Positions 36,766 to 47,599 of a stretch of 64,000 nt of DNA are shown here, piece after piece (within the stretch, counting starts at the first letter, position 1; every line of letters begins with the position of its first letter). The stretch comes from Malacoraja senta (Eukaryota). The stretch lies in the NCBI GenBank assembly GCA_038087875.1, contig CM075988.1, positions 496,001 to 560,000 on the forward strand. Direction: 5' to 3'. The notes under the pieces were generated by a model. It worked only from the letters and a program-made list of their open reading frames with translations. It was not told where the DNA came from and ran no database searches. The translations under genes and the position numbers were made by a program.

Positions 36766-38897
36766 CTGTCAAAGAAACTCAGACACACATAATGGCACCC
36801 GAACATGCACTCACAACCTCATTTCATTTACATACTCTCACACTTTCTCATAAGCAATCACACACAGACACGTGCATTCACACACACAAACATACACATG
36901 AATTTGCACACACATGTGCACAAACACACTCACGGGCACTCATTGGCTCAAACTTCATATACACACTTTCACCCTTTCATACTATCAAACAAATATATAC
37001 TCAAACATTCCCACCAACTCACATACCCACACATTCTCTCACGTTGTCTCCCACTTTTCAAGAAAGGAGCGAGAGAGAAAACGGGGAATTACGGACCAGT
37101 AAGCATGAATTCGGTGGTGGGAAAGATGCTGGAGTCAATTATTAAAGAGGTAATAATGGGGCATTTGGATAGCAGTAAAAGCATTAGTCCAAGTCAACAT
37201 GGATTTATGAAAGGGAAATCATGCTTGACTAATCTTCTGGAATTTTTTGAGGATGCGACAAGTAAAATGGATGAAGGGGTGCCAGTGGATGTAGTGTATC
37301 TAGACTTTCAGAAAGCCTTTGATAAGGACCCGCACGGGAGACTGGTGACTAAAATTAGAGCACATGGTATTGGGGGTAGGGTGTTGACATGGATAGAAAA
37401 TTTGTTGGCAGACCGGAAGCAATGAGTAGGAGTGAACGGGTCCTTTTCAGAATGGCAGGCAGTGGCGAGTGGAGTGCCGCAAGGCTCGGTGTTGGGGCCG
37501 CAACCGTTTACCATATATATTACTGATTCGGAAGAGGGAATTAGGAGCAACACTAGCAAGTTTGCGGATGACACAAAGCTGGGTGGCAGTGTGAACTGTG
37601 AAGAGGATGTTAGGAGGTTGCAGGGAGACCTGGACAGTTTGAGTGAGTGGGCAGATGCGTGGCAGATGCAGTATAATATAGATAAATGTGAGGTTATCAC
37701 ATTTGGCGGCAAAAACAAGGGGGCAGATTATTATCTCAATGGGGTTAGGTTAGGTAAGGGGGAGGTGCAACGAGACCTGAGCGTCCTTGTACACCGGTCA
37801 TTGAAAGTTGGCTTACAGGTACAGCAGGCAGTGAAGAAAGCTAATGGAATGTTGGCCTTCATAACAAGAGGATTTCAGTATAGGAGTGAAGAGGTTCTTC
37901 TGCAGTTGTATAGGGCTCTGGTGAGACCACATCTGGAGTATTGTGTACAGTTTTGGTCTCCTAATTTGAGGAAGGACATCCTTGTGATTGTGGCAGTGCA
38001 GCTTAGGTTCATGAGATTGATCCCTGGGATGGCGGGAATGTCATATGAGGAAAGATTGAAAAGACTAGACTTGTATTCACTGGAGTTTAGAAGGATGAGG
38101 GGGAATCTTATAGAAACATATAAAATTATAAAAGGACTGGACAAGCTAGATGCAGGAAAAATGTTCCCAATGTTGGGCGAGTCCAGAACCAGGGGCTACA
38201 GTCTTAGAATAAAGGGGAGGTCATTTAAGACTGAGGTGAGAAAATTTTTTTTCACCCAGAGAGTTGTGAATTTATGGAATTCCCTGCCACAGAGGGCAGT
38301 GGAGGCCAAGTCACTGGATGGATTTAAGAGAGCGTTAGATAGAGCTCTAGGGGCTAGTGGAGTCAAGGGATATGGGGAGAAGGCAGGCACGGGTTATTGA
38401 TAGGGGACGATCAGCCATGATCACAATGAATGGCGGTGCTGGCTCGAAGGGCCAAATGGCCTCCCCCTGCACCTATTTTCTATGTTTAAACACCCACACA
38501 TCCTCATGCATGCAAATAATGTCGCTCAGAAACACACATGCACTCTCCCGCTCAGAGACTCCGATATATTCAATCACACTTACACATGCTCACACACTCA
38601 CCCGCCCACTCACACATTCGCGCAGAAATAAACACACAAAAATACAGACATTCTTACAAACTCTGACACACTCACAAACACAGACACGCGCACACTTACA
38701 AATTCCTGCAAATGCACACACATACACGTGCACACACTCCAACCCATTTACACAATCTCACACATTCACTCTCACATACCCATACATGTATACAAACTCA
38801 TCCATGCACTCACACACATACTCTCATGTTCAAGCACAAATGCAGGCAAGCGAAATCACGCTCACTATCGACATGCATTGACACGCAAACACACGTA
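36766..38897. repeat. Degenerate CA-rich simple repeat, split by a CR1 (36766..37045 and 38487..38897)
   Basis: CACACA/CACTCA/CATACA-rich sequence on both sides of the insertion. Confidence 0.85.
37046..38486 (+). mobile_element. CR1 LINE (family C), 5'-truncated
   Basis: RT ORF 37432..38400 is nearly identical to 20247..21491; short TTTCTATG tail. Confidence 0.92.
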
Positions 38898-39379
38898 TTG
38901 TGAGGGGGGACTGGAGAAGGGGGAGTAGAGTGGAGCGGGGAGAAGGGAGTAAGAGGGGGAAAAGGAAGAAGGGGGGAGAGGGGAGGGGAGAACAGTAGGG
39001 GGAGTGGAGAAGGAGGGTTGGGGGCGGGAGGGGGAAGAGGGGAGTGGATGGAAGAGGGTAGTTCAGTCTACACTCACTGAATCCATCCCTGTGAAAAGTT
39101 AGAGACAGTGATTGGATCTGGAAGCGGACAAATACATCTGTAAATAAAACTGAACAACTCAAACATCTTTTCATTTGCACAATTGATTTTATTATATCAA
39201 TTTTAATATTTTAATGTTCAAAGTCCATGCATTGAAGGGGGAATATTTTACAGCCCATCTGTGGTCCCTTGTTGAATGATGAGTGGATTTTGGTGACGCG
39301 TGTTTCATAGTGAGGTGCTTGAGACCAAAGATGAAAACATAAAAGTTGTGAGATGAGGATTGAAGTGGAGGGAATTATA

Positions 39380-41100
39380 AAGAGGGAGAGAGGAAAAAAA
39401 GTACCGTACATCACTAGGATTTTTTTCCATCTTACTCGCCGTTCTCCTCTGCTCTAAGCGCACCAAGGTTTGTTCCGATCGGTGGAATATTCGAAAAGAT
39501 ATGAAGGTTTAAAAAACCATGAGATCAGCAGATTGGTCTTCTCGCCTGTCTGTCACGATGAAGGTAACGCCCCTTCCGAGGGCGAGGAGAATAAAGCTCA
39601 GGAGGCCGGGCGTGAGTCAGTCAGCCTGGAAGCCGTGAGTGAGAGTTGAGTCCAGAACTGTGAGTACACAAGCCGTGAGTGACTGAACTTGAGTCCACAA
39701 GCCGTGAGTGACTGAACTGTGAGTCCACAAGCCGTGCTGAGTCCGGAAGTCGCACTGATTCAGGAAGTTGCGCTTGAGTCTGGAAGTCGAGCCTGAGTCC
39801 AGAGGTCCACAAGCCGTGAGTGAGTGAACTGTGAGTCCACAAGCCATGGCTGAGTGAACTGTGAGTCCACAAGCTGTGGCTGAGTGAACTGCAAATCCAC
39901 ATGCCATGGCTGAGTGAACTGTGAATCCACAAGCCGTGGCTGAATGAACTGTGAGTCCACAGGCCGTAGCTGAGTGAACTGCAAGTACACAAACCATGGC
40001 TGAGTGAACTGTGAGCACACAAGCCATGACTGAGTGAACTGTGCGTGCACAAGCCACGGCTGAGTGAACTGTGAGTGCACAAGCCATGGCTGAGTGAACT
40101 GTGAGTCCACAAGCCGTGGCCGATGAACTGTGAGTCCACAAGCCATAGGTGAGTGAACTGTGAGTCCACAAGCCGTGACTGAGTGAACTGTGAGTCCACC
40201 ACCCCCATCCCCCTCCCCTCGCACAACCCCCCCCCCCCAGTGGCAGGCCACGGCAGCGGCAGGCCACGGCAGCAGTAGGCCATGGCAGCGCTCCCTCCGT
40301 CACCGGCCTCTGCCTGAAACTATCACCATCTCATGGCTACAGTACGCTCCCGCCGGCCCCAACCTGAAGCCTCCTGTCCCCAGCTGCGGGACTAGCCCAA
40401 GAATCCATTTGGCACACAATGTCCATACCATCCCTCTGGAAACCAGTCCCTTTGGCCCACAACACCCTCCAGAAAGCACCCGACCCCCCATTGGCCACTG
40501 CCTGAAGCCTTCCCCCTATCCTGACTGCAGGATGCTCCCCATCACCCACCGGCCGCCGTCAGCCCTGCCTGCAGCCGTGCCCCTCCCCCGGCTGCAGGAC
40601 ACTCACCCCATAGGCCGCCAACACCTCCACCTGAAGCCGGCCCGTCCCCCGGCTGCAGAATGCAACAAGAGACGCAACAAGAAAGAATGGACTGAATAAA
40701 TCACTTTAATGTTTAAATTGTTGTTATATTTTAAGAGTTATTCACATTTTAAGCTTTAATAAATCAATTTTCCACTTGCCGTGCCCGTCAGCTGCACCTG
40801 TGCAATAATACCTGCATGTTCTACATCACAATGGGAACCTAATGGGAGGGACTGGCTGCGCTGCCGGAGAGCCGCTAAGAGGTGTTGGGGGGGGGGGGTT
40901 TGAGGGGGGATGGAGTGAGTGCATGAGGGTGCGAAGGGCAAGGGGCAGAGCGGGGGAGGTGAGGGGAGGAGGGGGGATCAGGGGCGTCACAACGGAAACA
41001 CGTCAGCCTCCTCTGCGCAGTTGGGGGCTATGCGTGAGTGGTGGAATATTGGAATTGGTGGAGAGGTGAAATATTGCGTTGGGGGACCAGGCCTCCCAAT
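39380..41100 (+). mobile_element. Non-autonomous repeat of the same family as 21598..22094 (possibly Helitron-like)
   Basis: Shares GAATCCATT(T/C)GG...CTGGAAACCA...CTCCAGAAAGCACCC and TTGGAATTGGTGGAGAGGTG..GGGGGACCAG blocks; boundaries approximate. Confidence 0.5.
39611..40199. repeat. 30-bp minisatellite GCTGAGTGAACTGTGAGTCCACAAGCCGTG
   Basis: More than 15 head-to-tail units with point variants and no unique spacers. Confidence 0.95.
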
Positions 41101-42079
41101 GGGCTAACTTAAATAATCCTGGGGAAACGCTTCTGTTTTCTGTTCTAGGATTGTATTAATAAGTTTTGTGGCTAAAGTTTGTTTAATCCATGGAGTAAGG
41201 TGAGTGCCTGGTGTGCACTCCCGGAGGTAGGGTTGGAGGCACATGCAACAGTGACATTTAAGAAACTTTGGGAAAAGGCAGGTGGAGGCATTCCCAAGAA
41301 GTCCAATGTCTGTAATATGGTCGGATGTAGAATCGGTACTGCGCAGTAGCCTATGGGAGAACCGTCAACAAGTCTAACAACAGACATGCTGTGGATCGTT
41401 TCACTATTCCGGCATTTGTGATTTAATATTCCATCTCCGCTACCACTAACGCACCTCATCCTTTCATGCTACGGGACTTGTTGCATTGTGGAATTAAGCG
41501 CGGGGCTCTAACACAATGATCAATCAGACAATGCTTATTGACTCGTTTTGCATGTTTTGTCTTTCGTTTGGGACAGCCCAGTACAGCCCAGAATGTGAGC
41601 TGGAAATTTGGACTATTTTATCTGCGTTTAGCAGATTAGAAGATGTTTGTTGTACAGAATGTTGTGAGAATGTCTGTGGTGAGGGGAGAAAATGGTGGCA
41701 GATAAAATGTTGTTGTGAGTATAGTTCACCGGCTGCAATATTGCGAGTCATAAGGCACTGCCTCTAGATACACCAATAACTGATTAGTATTGAGGAGTAG
41801 TCACTTTTCTCTCTCTAATTAGGGTTTTCTGTACCCGGGAACAGAATAAGCCCAGTAGACGTGCATTGCAGACTGAGCAATTGTGGGTAAAGAGAAGGAT
41901 TGCATTGAGGTCAAGTTGAGATGATCCATTACCTCAATGAATTATGGCATCGGCTCCAGACTGACTGTTGTCTCATTCTCCGGAGCTCCCGTCAACTTTC
42001 TTAAAGGCAGATATGACAGACACTTGCAAAGCTGTTTGGCACGGCCATCTGTGGTTACATTTTAGCTCCATCAATAAAT

Positions 42080-42085
42080 TATAAA
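42080..42085 (+). promoter_or_regulatory. Candidate TATA box of the defensin-like gene
   Basis: TATAAA 94 nt upstream of the ATG; a GATAAATA at 42114 is an alternative. Confidence 0.35.
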
Positions 42086-42173
42086 GAGAAACATCATTTA
42101 GGAGTCACTGTAGGATAAATACTTGAACGCTGCCTGGTGAGTGTCGCGCCCTGTTGCAGCCCAACTGGATCTA

Positions 42174-42264
42174 ATGGATGTCCTGCTCTTGCTGTTTGGA
42201 GGCATGTTGCTGCTTCACACCACCACTGCCGGAAAAAAAACTCTATCAGTATTCCTAACTGGAG
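42174..42264 (+). CDS. Beta-defensin-like precursor, coding exon 1 (signal peptide plus short pro-piece)
   Basis: MDVLLLLFGGMLLLHTTTAGKKTLSVFLTG followed by a phase-1 donor GAG|GTGAGA; ATG context CTAATGG. Confidence 0.75.
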
Positions 42265-42790
42265 GTGAGACAAGATGTGAATCTGTTAACTTTCTTAATC
42301 TAGGCAACTGCTGGCGGGGATCCACCCAGATCTCAACCGTAGCTCCACGATCTTGGGGGTGATCGCTCTTTTAGTTTGATTTGGATCAAAAATACTAGAG
42401 CTGAGCAAGATAGACCACTCCTGCAAAATCCAATGGACTGACGTGTAGTACGCAAAGGAGCATAACTTCCGCCATTTCAGTAAACCCGACCCGACTTCAG
42501 TTATGCCTCTCGCAGTGTAATCAACGCTGCGGGGGAACAGTTTGTGTTTACGATGTTTATAGTATCTCTACTTGGACACTATGTAATATTATGTTTATTA
42601 TAATACACTTATAATACTATGTTTATAGTATCTTTGCTATAGTATCTTTGATTTGCATGTTGGTGGATTGCTGCGCTGTGAAGTCTTTCATTGAATTCCA
42701 GAATTGGGGGCGACGCGGGATTATGCATTTGTGAAAGTCACCCGGTGCCTCATGTTTACTGTGCATCCAAGGCATGCAGGCATCACATGT

Positions 42791-43771
42791 GAAACATAGA
42801 AACATAGAAACATAGAAAATAGGCACAGGAGTAGGCCATTCGGCCCTTGGAGCCTGCACTGCCATTCGATATGATCATGGCTGATCATCCAACTCAGTAT
42901 CCCATCCCTGCCTTCTCTCCATACCCCCTGATCCCTTTAGCCATAAGGGCCACATCTAACTCCCTCTTAAATATAGCCAATGAACTGGCCTCAACTACCT
43001 TCTGTGGCAGAGAATTCCACAGATTCACCACTCTCTGTGTAATAAATGATTTTCTCATCTCGGTCCTAAAAGACTTCCCTCTTATCCTTAAACTGTGACC
43101 CCTAGTTCTGGACTTCCCCAACATTGGGAATATTCCTGCATCTAGCCTGTCCAACCCCTTAAGAATTTTGTAAGTTTCTATAAGATCCCCCCTCAATCTT
43201 CTAAATTCTAGCGTGTACAAGCCGAGTCTATCCTGTCTTTCTTCATATGAAAGTCCTGCCATCCCAGGAATCAGTCTGATGAACCTTCTCTGTACTCCCT
43301 CTATGGCAAGAATGTCTTTCCTCAGATTAGGAGACCAAAACAGTACGCAATACTCCAGGTGTGGTCTCACCAAGACCCTGTACAACTGCAGTAGAACCTC
43401 CCTGCTCTTACACTCAAATCCTTTTGCTATGAATGCTAACATGCCATTTGCTTTCTTCACTGCCTGCTGCACCTGCATGCCTACTTTCAATTACTGGTGT
43501 ACCATGACACCCAGGTCTCGTTGCATCTCCCCTTTTCCTAATCGGCCACGATTCAGATAATAGTCTACTTTCCTGTTTTTGCCACCAGTGGATAACCTCA
43601 CATTTATCCACATTATACTGCATCTGCCATGCATTTGCCCATTCACCCAACCTATCCAAGTCACCTTGCAGCCTCCTAGCATCCTCCTCACAGCTAACAC
43701 TGCCCCCCAGCTTCGTGTCATCCGCAAACTTGGAGATGTTGCATTCAATTCCCTCGTCCAAATGATTAATA
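42791..43771 (-). mobile_element. CR1 LINE (family B), 5'-truncated, antisense in the defensin-like intron
   Basis: (GAAACATA)n tail at 42791-42818; RT C-terminal ORFs 43414..43800 and 42894..43490. Confidence 0.92.
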
Positions 43772-43994
43772 ATGAAAAAGGGCAAAGCTTGCAAATGCAC
43801 CGTGGACGGCCGATGGGAAACTGTTCTCTCTCGCGGCCGATCATTAAGTCCGTGTAGTCAGGAACGAACTATGCCGTGATTTCAGCGGGAAGGGGAGCAG
43901 TCACGCGAGTGGTTCTAATTCCTTGCAGATTGTTGCACTCTTTGCTTTGTACTTGGAAGCATAGGCCAATTAACATTACTTGTCTTTATTTCAG

Positions 43995-44113
43995 TGTCCT
44001 TATTAGGATGTGGCAAGAACAGAGAGACCTGCAGGCTCGGAGAATGCCGCGGCGGTGAGAAGTTGATTATGTCAACCTGCATCAGGGATTACCATTGTTG
44101 CAGGAAAGTTTAA
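43995..44113 (+). CDS. Beta-defensin-like precursor, coding exon 2 (six-cysteine mature domain)
   Basis: Acceptor TTGTCTTTATTTCAG|; the phase-1 frame gives (V)SLLGCGKNRETCRLGECRGGEKLIMSTCIRDYHCCRKV*, i.e. C-x6-C-x4-C-x10-C-x5-CC. Confidence 0.85.
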
Positions 44114-44345
44114 CCGGAACATGAAAGACAAAAATTATTGTCTGCGAAGACCAGACCAAGCGACATGTAATGGGCACAACATGCTGGAGTAACTCAGCGG
44201 GTCGGGGAACATCTCTGGAGATGATGGGTCAGTGGCGTTTCGGGTCAGATTGATTGTAGGGGGAGGGAAAATGCTCTTTAACACTCTTTCTTCAACGGTG
44301 TTGACCCCGCGAATGATATTCCTGCCCAAAGTAAATTATATTTCT

Positions 44346-44600
44346 CAAGTTCAAGTTCAAGTTTGCGTTTATTGTCACTTAACCAATTAAGGTACAGTGA
44401 AATTTGAGCTACCATTCAGCCATACTAAGTGACAAGAACACAATACACACATAAAATAAATTTAACATCAACATCCACCACAGTGTAATCAACATTCCTC
44501 ACTGTGACGGAAGGGAGTAAAGTTCAGTCATCTTCCTTGTTGTTCACCTGTGTTCGGGGCCTTGAACCCTGCGCACTTGCCGTTGCCGACAGTCCGAGCC
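44346..44600 (-). mobile_element. Rex1/Babar-type 3' UTR fragment (a similar copy lies at 45226..45420)
   Basis: CAAGTT/CAAGGT repeats followed by TTTATTGTCAC..ACCAATTAAGG.ACAGTGAAATTTGAG in both copies. Confidence 0.55.
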
Positions 44601-44710
44601 AAGCCTGACGTGTCCTCACTTGTGTTCCTTCTAATTATTTTTGCCACAACACTTTGGTGTGATATGTGAGGATTGAGTAAATGCGCTGGGAAACCTAAGA
44701 TGGACTAATG

Positions 44711-44712
<2 letters not shown>

Positions 44713-44756
<44 letters not shown>
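44713..44756. repeat. (GT)n microsatellite
   Basis: Perfect dinucleotide run. Confidence 0.98.
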
Positions 44757-44757
<1 letters not shown>

Positions 44758-44869
44758 CACACGTGAGGCTGTTACAGAAAATCGGAGCCCAGGGTAAGTG
44801 AGACAATGAAACAGCATTGAAAGAACCGTGTCTGCCTGTCAGAAGGCAACGAGTAGAAGTAAAGTGAGC

Positions 44870-45225
44870 ATTTTCTGCTTGACTGCCGGTGACTAATGGT
44901 TTTCAGCAGGGGTCGATGTTGGGTCCGCTACTTTCCATGTTATATGTTTAAGATCTGGATGAGGGAATTTATGACATTGCGGCCAGGCGTGCGAGCGATA
45001 TGAAGGTCGTGGAAGGACAGATAGTGTTGAGGCTGCAGAAGGATTTGTACGTTGCGAGAGTGGGCGAAGGAGCGGCAAATGTAATACAGCGTACAGTGCA
45101 CACTCACGCACGTTGGTAGAAGGAATATAGGCGTATATTACTTTCTAACTGAAGAGAGGGTCAGAAATCAGAATTGCATTGGGACTTGGGAGTGCTGGTG
45201 CGGGATTCCAAAAAGGTTAATTTGC
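44870..45225 (+). mobile_element. Old degenerate CR1 RT fragment
   Basis: LPVTNGFQQGSMLGPLLSMLYV*DLDEGI resembles the CR1 [10 protein letters not shown] block. Confidence 0.65.
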
Positions 45226-45420
45226 AGGTTAAGTTCAAGGTTCAAGGTTTCAAGGTCAGTTTATTGTCACATGTACCAATTAAGGGACAGTGAAATTTGA
45301 GTTACCATACAGCCATTCTAGGTGAAAAGCAACAAGACACACAGTCACATGAACTAAAATTTAACATAAACACCCACCACAGCAGCTTCCCGCATTCCTC
45401 ACTGTGATGGAAGGTCACAA

Positions 45421-47550
45421 AGTCAAGTCGAGTCAAGTGAGTTTATTGTCATGTGTCCCTGGTAGGACAATGAAATTCTTGCTTTGCTTGCGCACAATGA
45501 ACATAGTAGGCATTTACTACAAGGCATTCTATAAATATATACACAATGGTCAATATACTGATAAAGTGCAAATAACAGTATTGGCTAGTAAAGTTCAGTG
45601 TTATGTCCGAGCCAGGTTTAATAGCCTGATGGCTGTGGGGAAGTAGCTGTTCCTGAACCTGGTCGTTGCAGTCTTCAGGCTCCTGTACCTGCTACCTGAA
45701 GGTAGTAGGGAGATGAGTGTGTGGCCAGGATGGTGTGGGTCCTTGATGATGCTGCCAGCCTTTTTGAGGCAGCGACTGTGGTAGATCCCCTCGATGGAAG
45801 GTAGGTCAGAGCCGATGATGGACTGGGCACTCAAGTTGCCGAACCAAGCCACGATGCAACCGGTCAGCATGCTCTCTACTGTGCACCTGTAGAAGTTAGA
45901 GAGAGTCCTCCATGACAAACCGACTCTCCGTAATCTTCTCAGGAAGTAGATGCGCTGATGTGCTTTCTTAATAATGGCATCATTGTTCTCGGACCAGGAT
46001 AGATCTTCAGAGATGTGCACGTCCTGGAATTTGAAGCTCTTGACCCTTTCAACCATCGACCCGTTGATATAAACGGGACTGTGGGCCCCCATCCTACTCC
46101 TTCCAAAGTCCACAATCAGTTCCTTGGTTTTGCTGGTGTTGAGGGCCAGGTTGTTGTGCTGGCACCATATGGACAGTTGCTCGATCTCTCTTCTATACTC
46201 TGACTCATCCCCATCAGTGATACGTCCCACAACAGTGGTGTCATCAGCGAACTTGATGATGGAGTTCGCACAATGTCCGGCTACGCAGTCATGAGTATAG
46301 AGTGAGTACAGCAGGGGACTGAGCACGCAGCCTTGAGGTGCTCCGGTGCTAATTGTTATCGAGTCTGACACATTTCCACCAATACGAACAGACTGTGGTC
46401 TGAGAGTGAGGAAGTCGAGGATCCAATTGCAGAGGGATGCGCAGAGACCCAGTTCTGCGAGTTTGGTAACCAGCTTTGAGGGGATGATTGTGTTAAATGC
46501 CGAGCTGTAATCGATGAATAACAGCCTGACATATGAGTTTTTGTTGTCCAAGTGGTCCAGAGCGGAGTGGAGGGCCAGCGAGATCGCATCCACCGTTGAT
46601 CTGTTGTGGCGGTAAGCGAACTGCAGTGGGTCCAGGTTTTTGTCAAGGTAGGAGTTGATCTGCGTCATGATCAACCTCTCAAAGCACTTCATCACCACAG
46701 GCGTTAGTGCCACAGGTCGATAGTCATTGAGGCACGTTACCTTACTCTTCTTGGGCACTGGTATAATTGATGCCCTTTTGAAGCAGGTGGGGACCTCAGA
46801 CCTCAGAAGTGAGAGGTTGAAAATGTCTGTAAAAACTCCAGCCAGTTGGTCCGCACAGGTTTTTAGAACGCAACCAGGTATACCATCAGGTACAGGCGCT
46901 TTTCAAGGGTTCACCCTTCTGAAGGATTTCCTGACGTCGGCCTCTGTGACTGAGACTGAAATACCATCACAGCGAATGGGGGCGCGGGAAGGCACATCGG
47001 TGTTCTCCCTATCAAAGCGTGCGTAAAACGCATTGAGCTCATCAGGGAGTGATGTTTCGCCGACATTCTAGCTGCCTCCTGATTTCGCCTTGTAAGAGGT
47101 GAGTGCATTCAGGCCCCGCCACAGCCGCCGAACATCAGTCTCTTCCTCCAGTTTGGAGCAGAAGTCCCTTTTGGCCTTTTTGATGGCCTTACCAAGGTCG
47201 TATCTGGACTCCTTGTAGGCCACTGTATCATCAGACATGAATGCCCGGTGTCTGGACTTCAGAAGAGTGCGGATCTCAAAGTTCATCCAAGGTTTTTGAT
47301 TGGGAAACGCTCGGAAGGTTTTGGTGGGGATGCAGTCCTCCACACACTTCTTAATGAAGTCTGTAACGACTGCGGCGTATTCGTTCAGGACCGTTGCCGA
47401 GTCCTTGAACATTGCCCAGTCTACAGACTCCAAAGAATCCTGGAGTTGTTCCTCTGCCCCCCCCCCCCGACCAGCTCTGTACTGTCCTCACCTCTGGGGG
47501 TGCGCTCTTTAATTGCTGCCTGTAGGCAGGAAGAAGCAGCACCGCGGTAT
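45421..47550 (-). mobile_element. Rex1/Babar LINE, 5'-truncated
   Basis: ORF 45601..46758: [49 protein letters not shown]-type tail. Confidence 0.92.
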
Positions 47551-47599
47551 CCAATCCCTATCCCTATCTCTCATTTCTGGTGACAATAATAAAACATAT

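Noticed and set aside
36792..38928. His/Thr-rich ORFs and apparent fusions to RT
   Set aside because: These are translations of CA-rich simple repeat abutting a CR1.
39611..40303. CRISPR-like array, or three overlapping repetitive ORFs
   Set aside because: Head-to-tail 30-bp units have no unique spacers and there are no cas genes; the ORFs arise because the unit length is a multiple of 3.
41516..41767. Cys-rich ORF (VCCTECCENVC...KCCC) as a second defensin or toxin
   Set aside because: The cysteines come from TGTTGT-rich sequence, the spacing does not fit the beta-defensin motif, and there is no convincing signal exon.
43876..44058. 60-aa ORF from the track overlapping exon 2
   Set aside because: It is in a different frame, starts at GTG and has no motif; the spliced frame explains the region better.
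44055..44060. GTGAGA inside defensin exon 2 as a donor to a third exon
   Set aside because: Reading through completes the six-Cys motif and reaches a stop, and no suitable downstream exon was seen. It remains a possible minor isoform.
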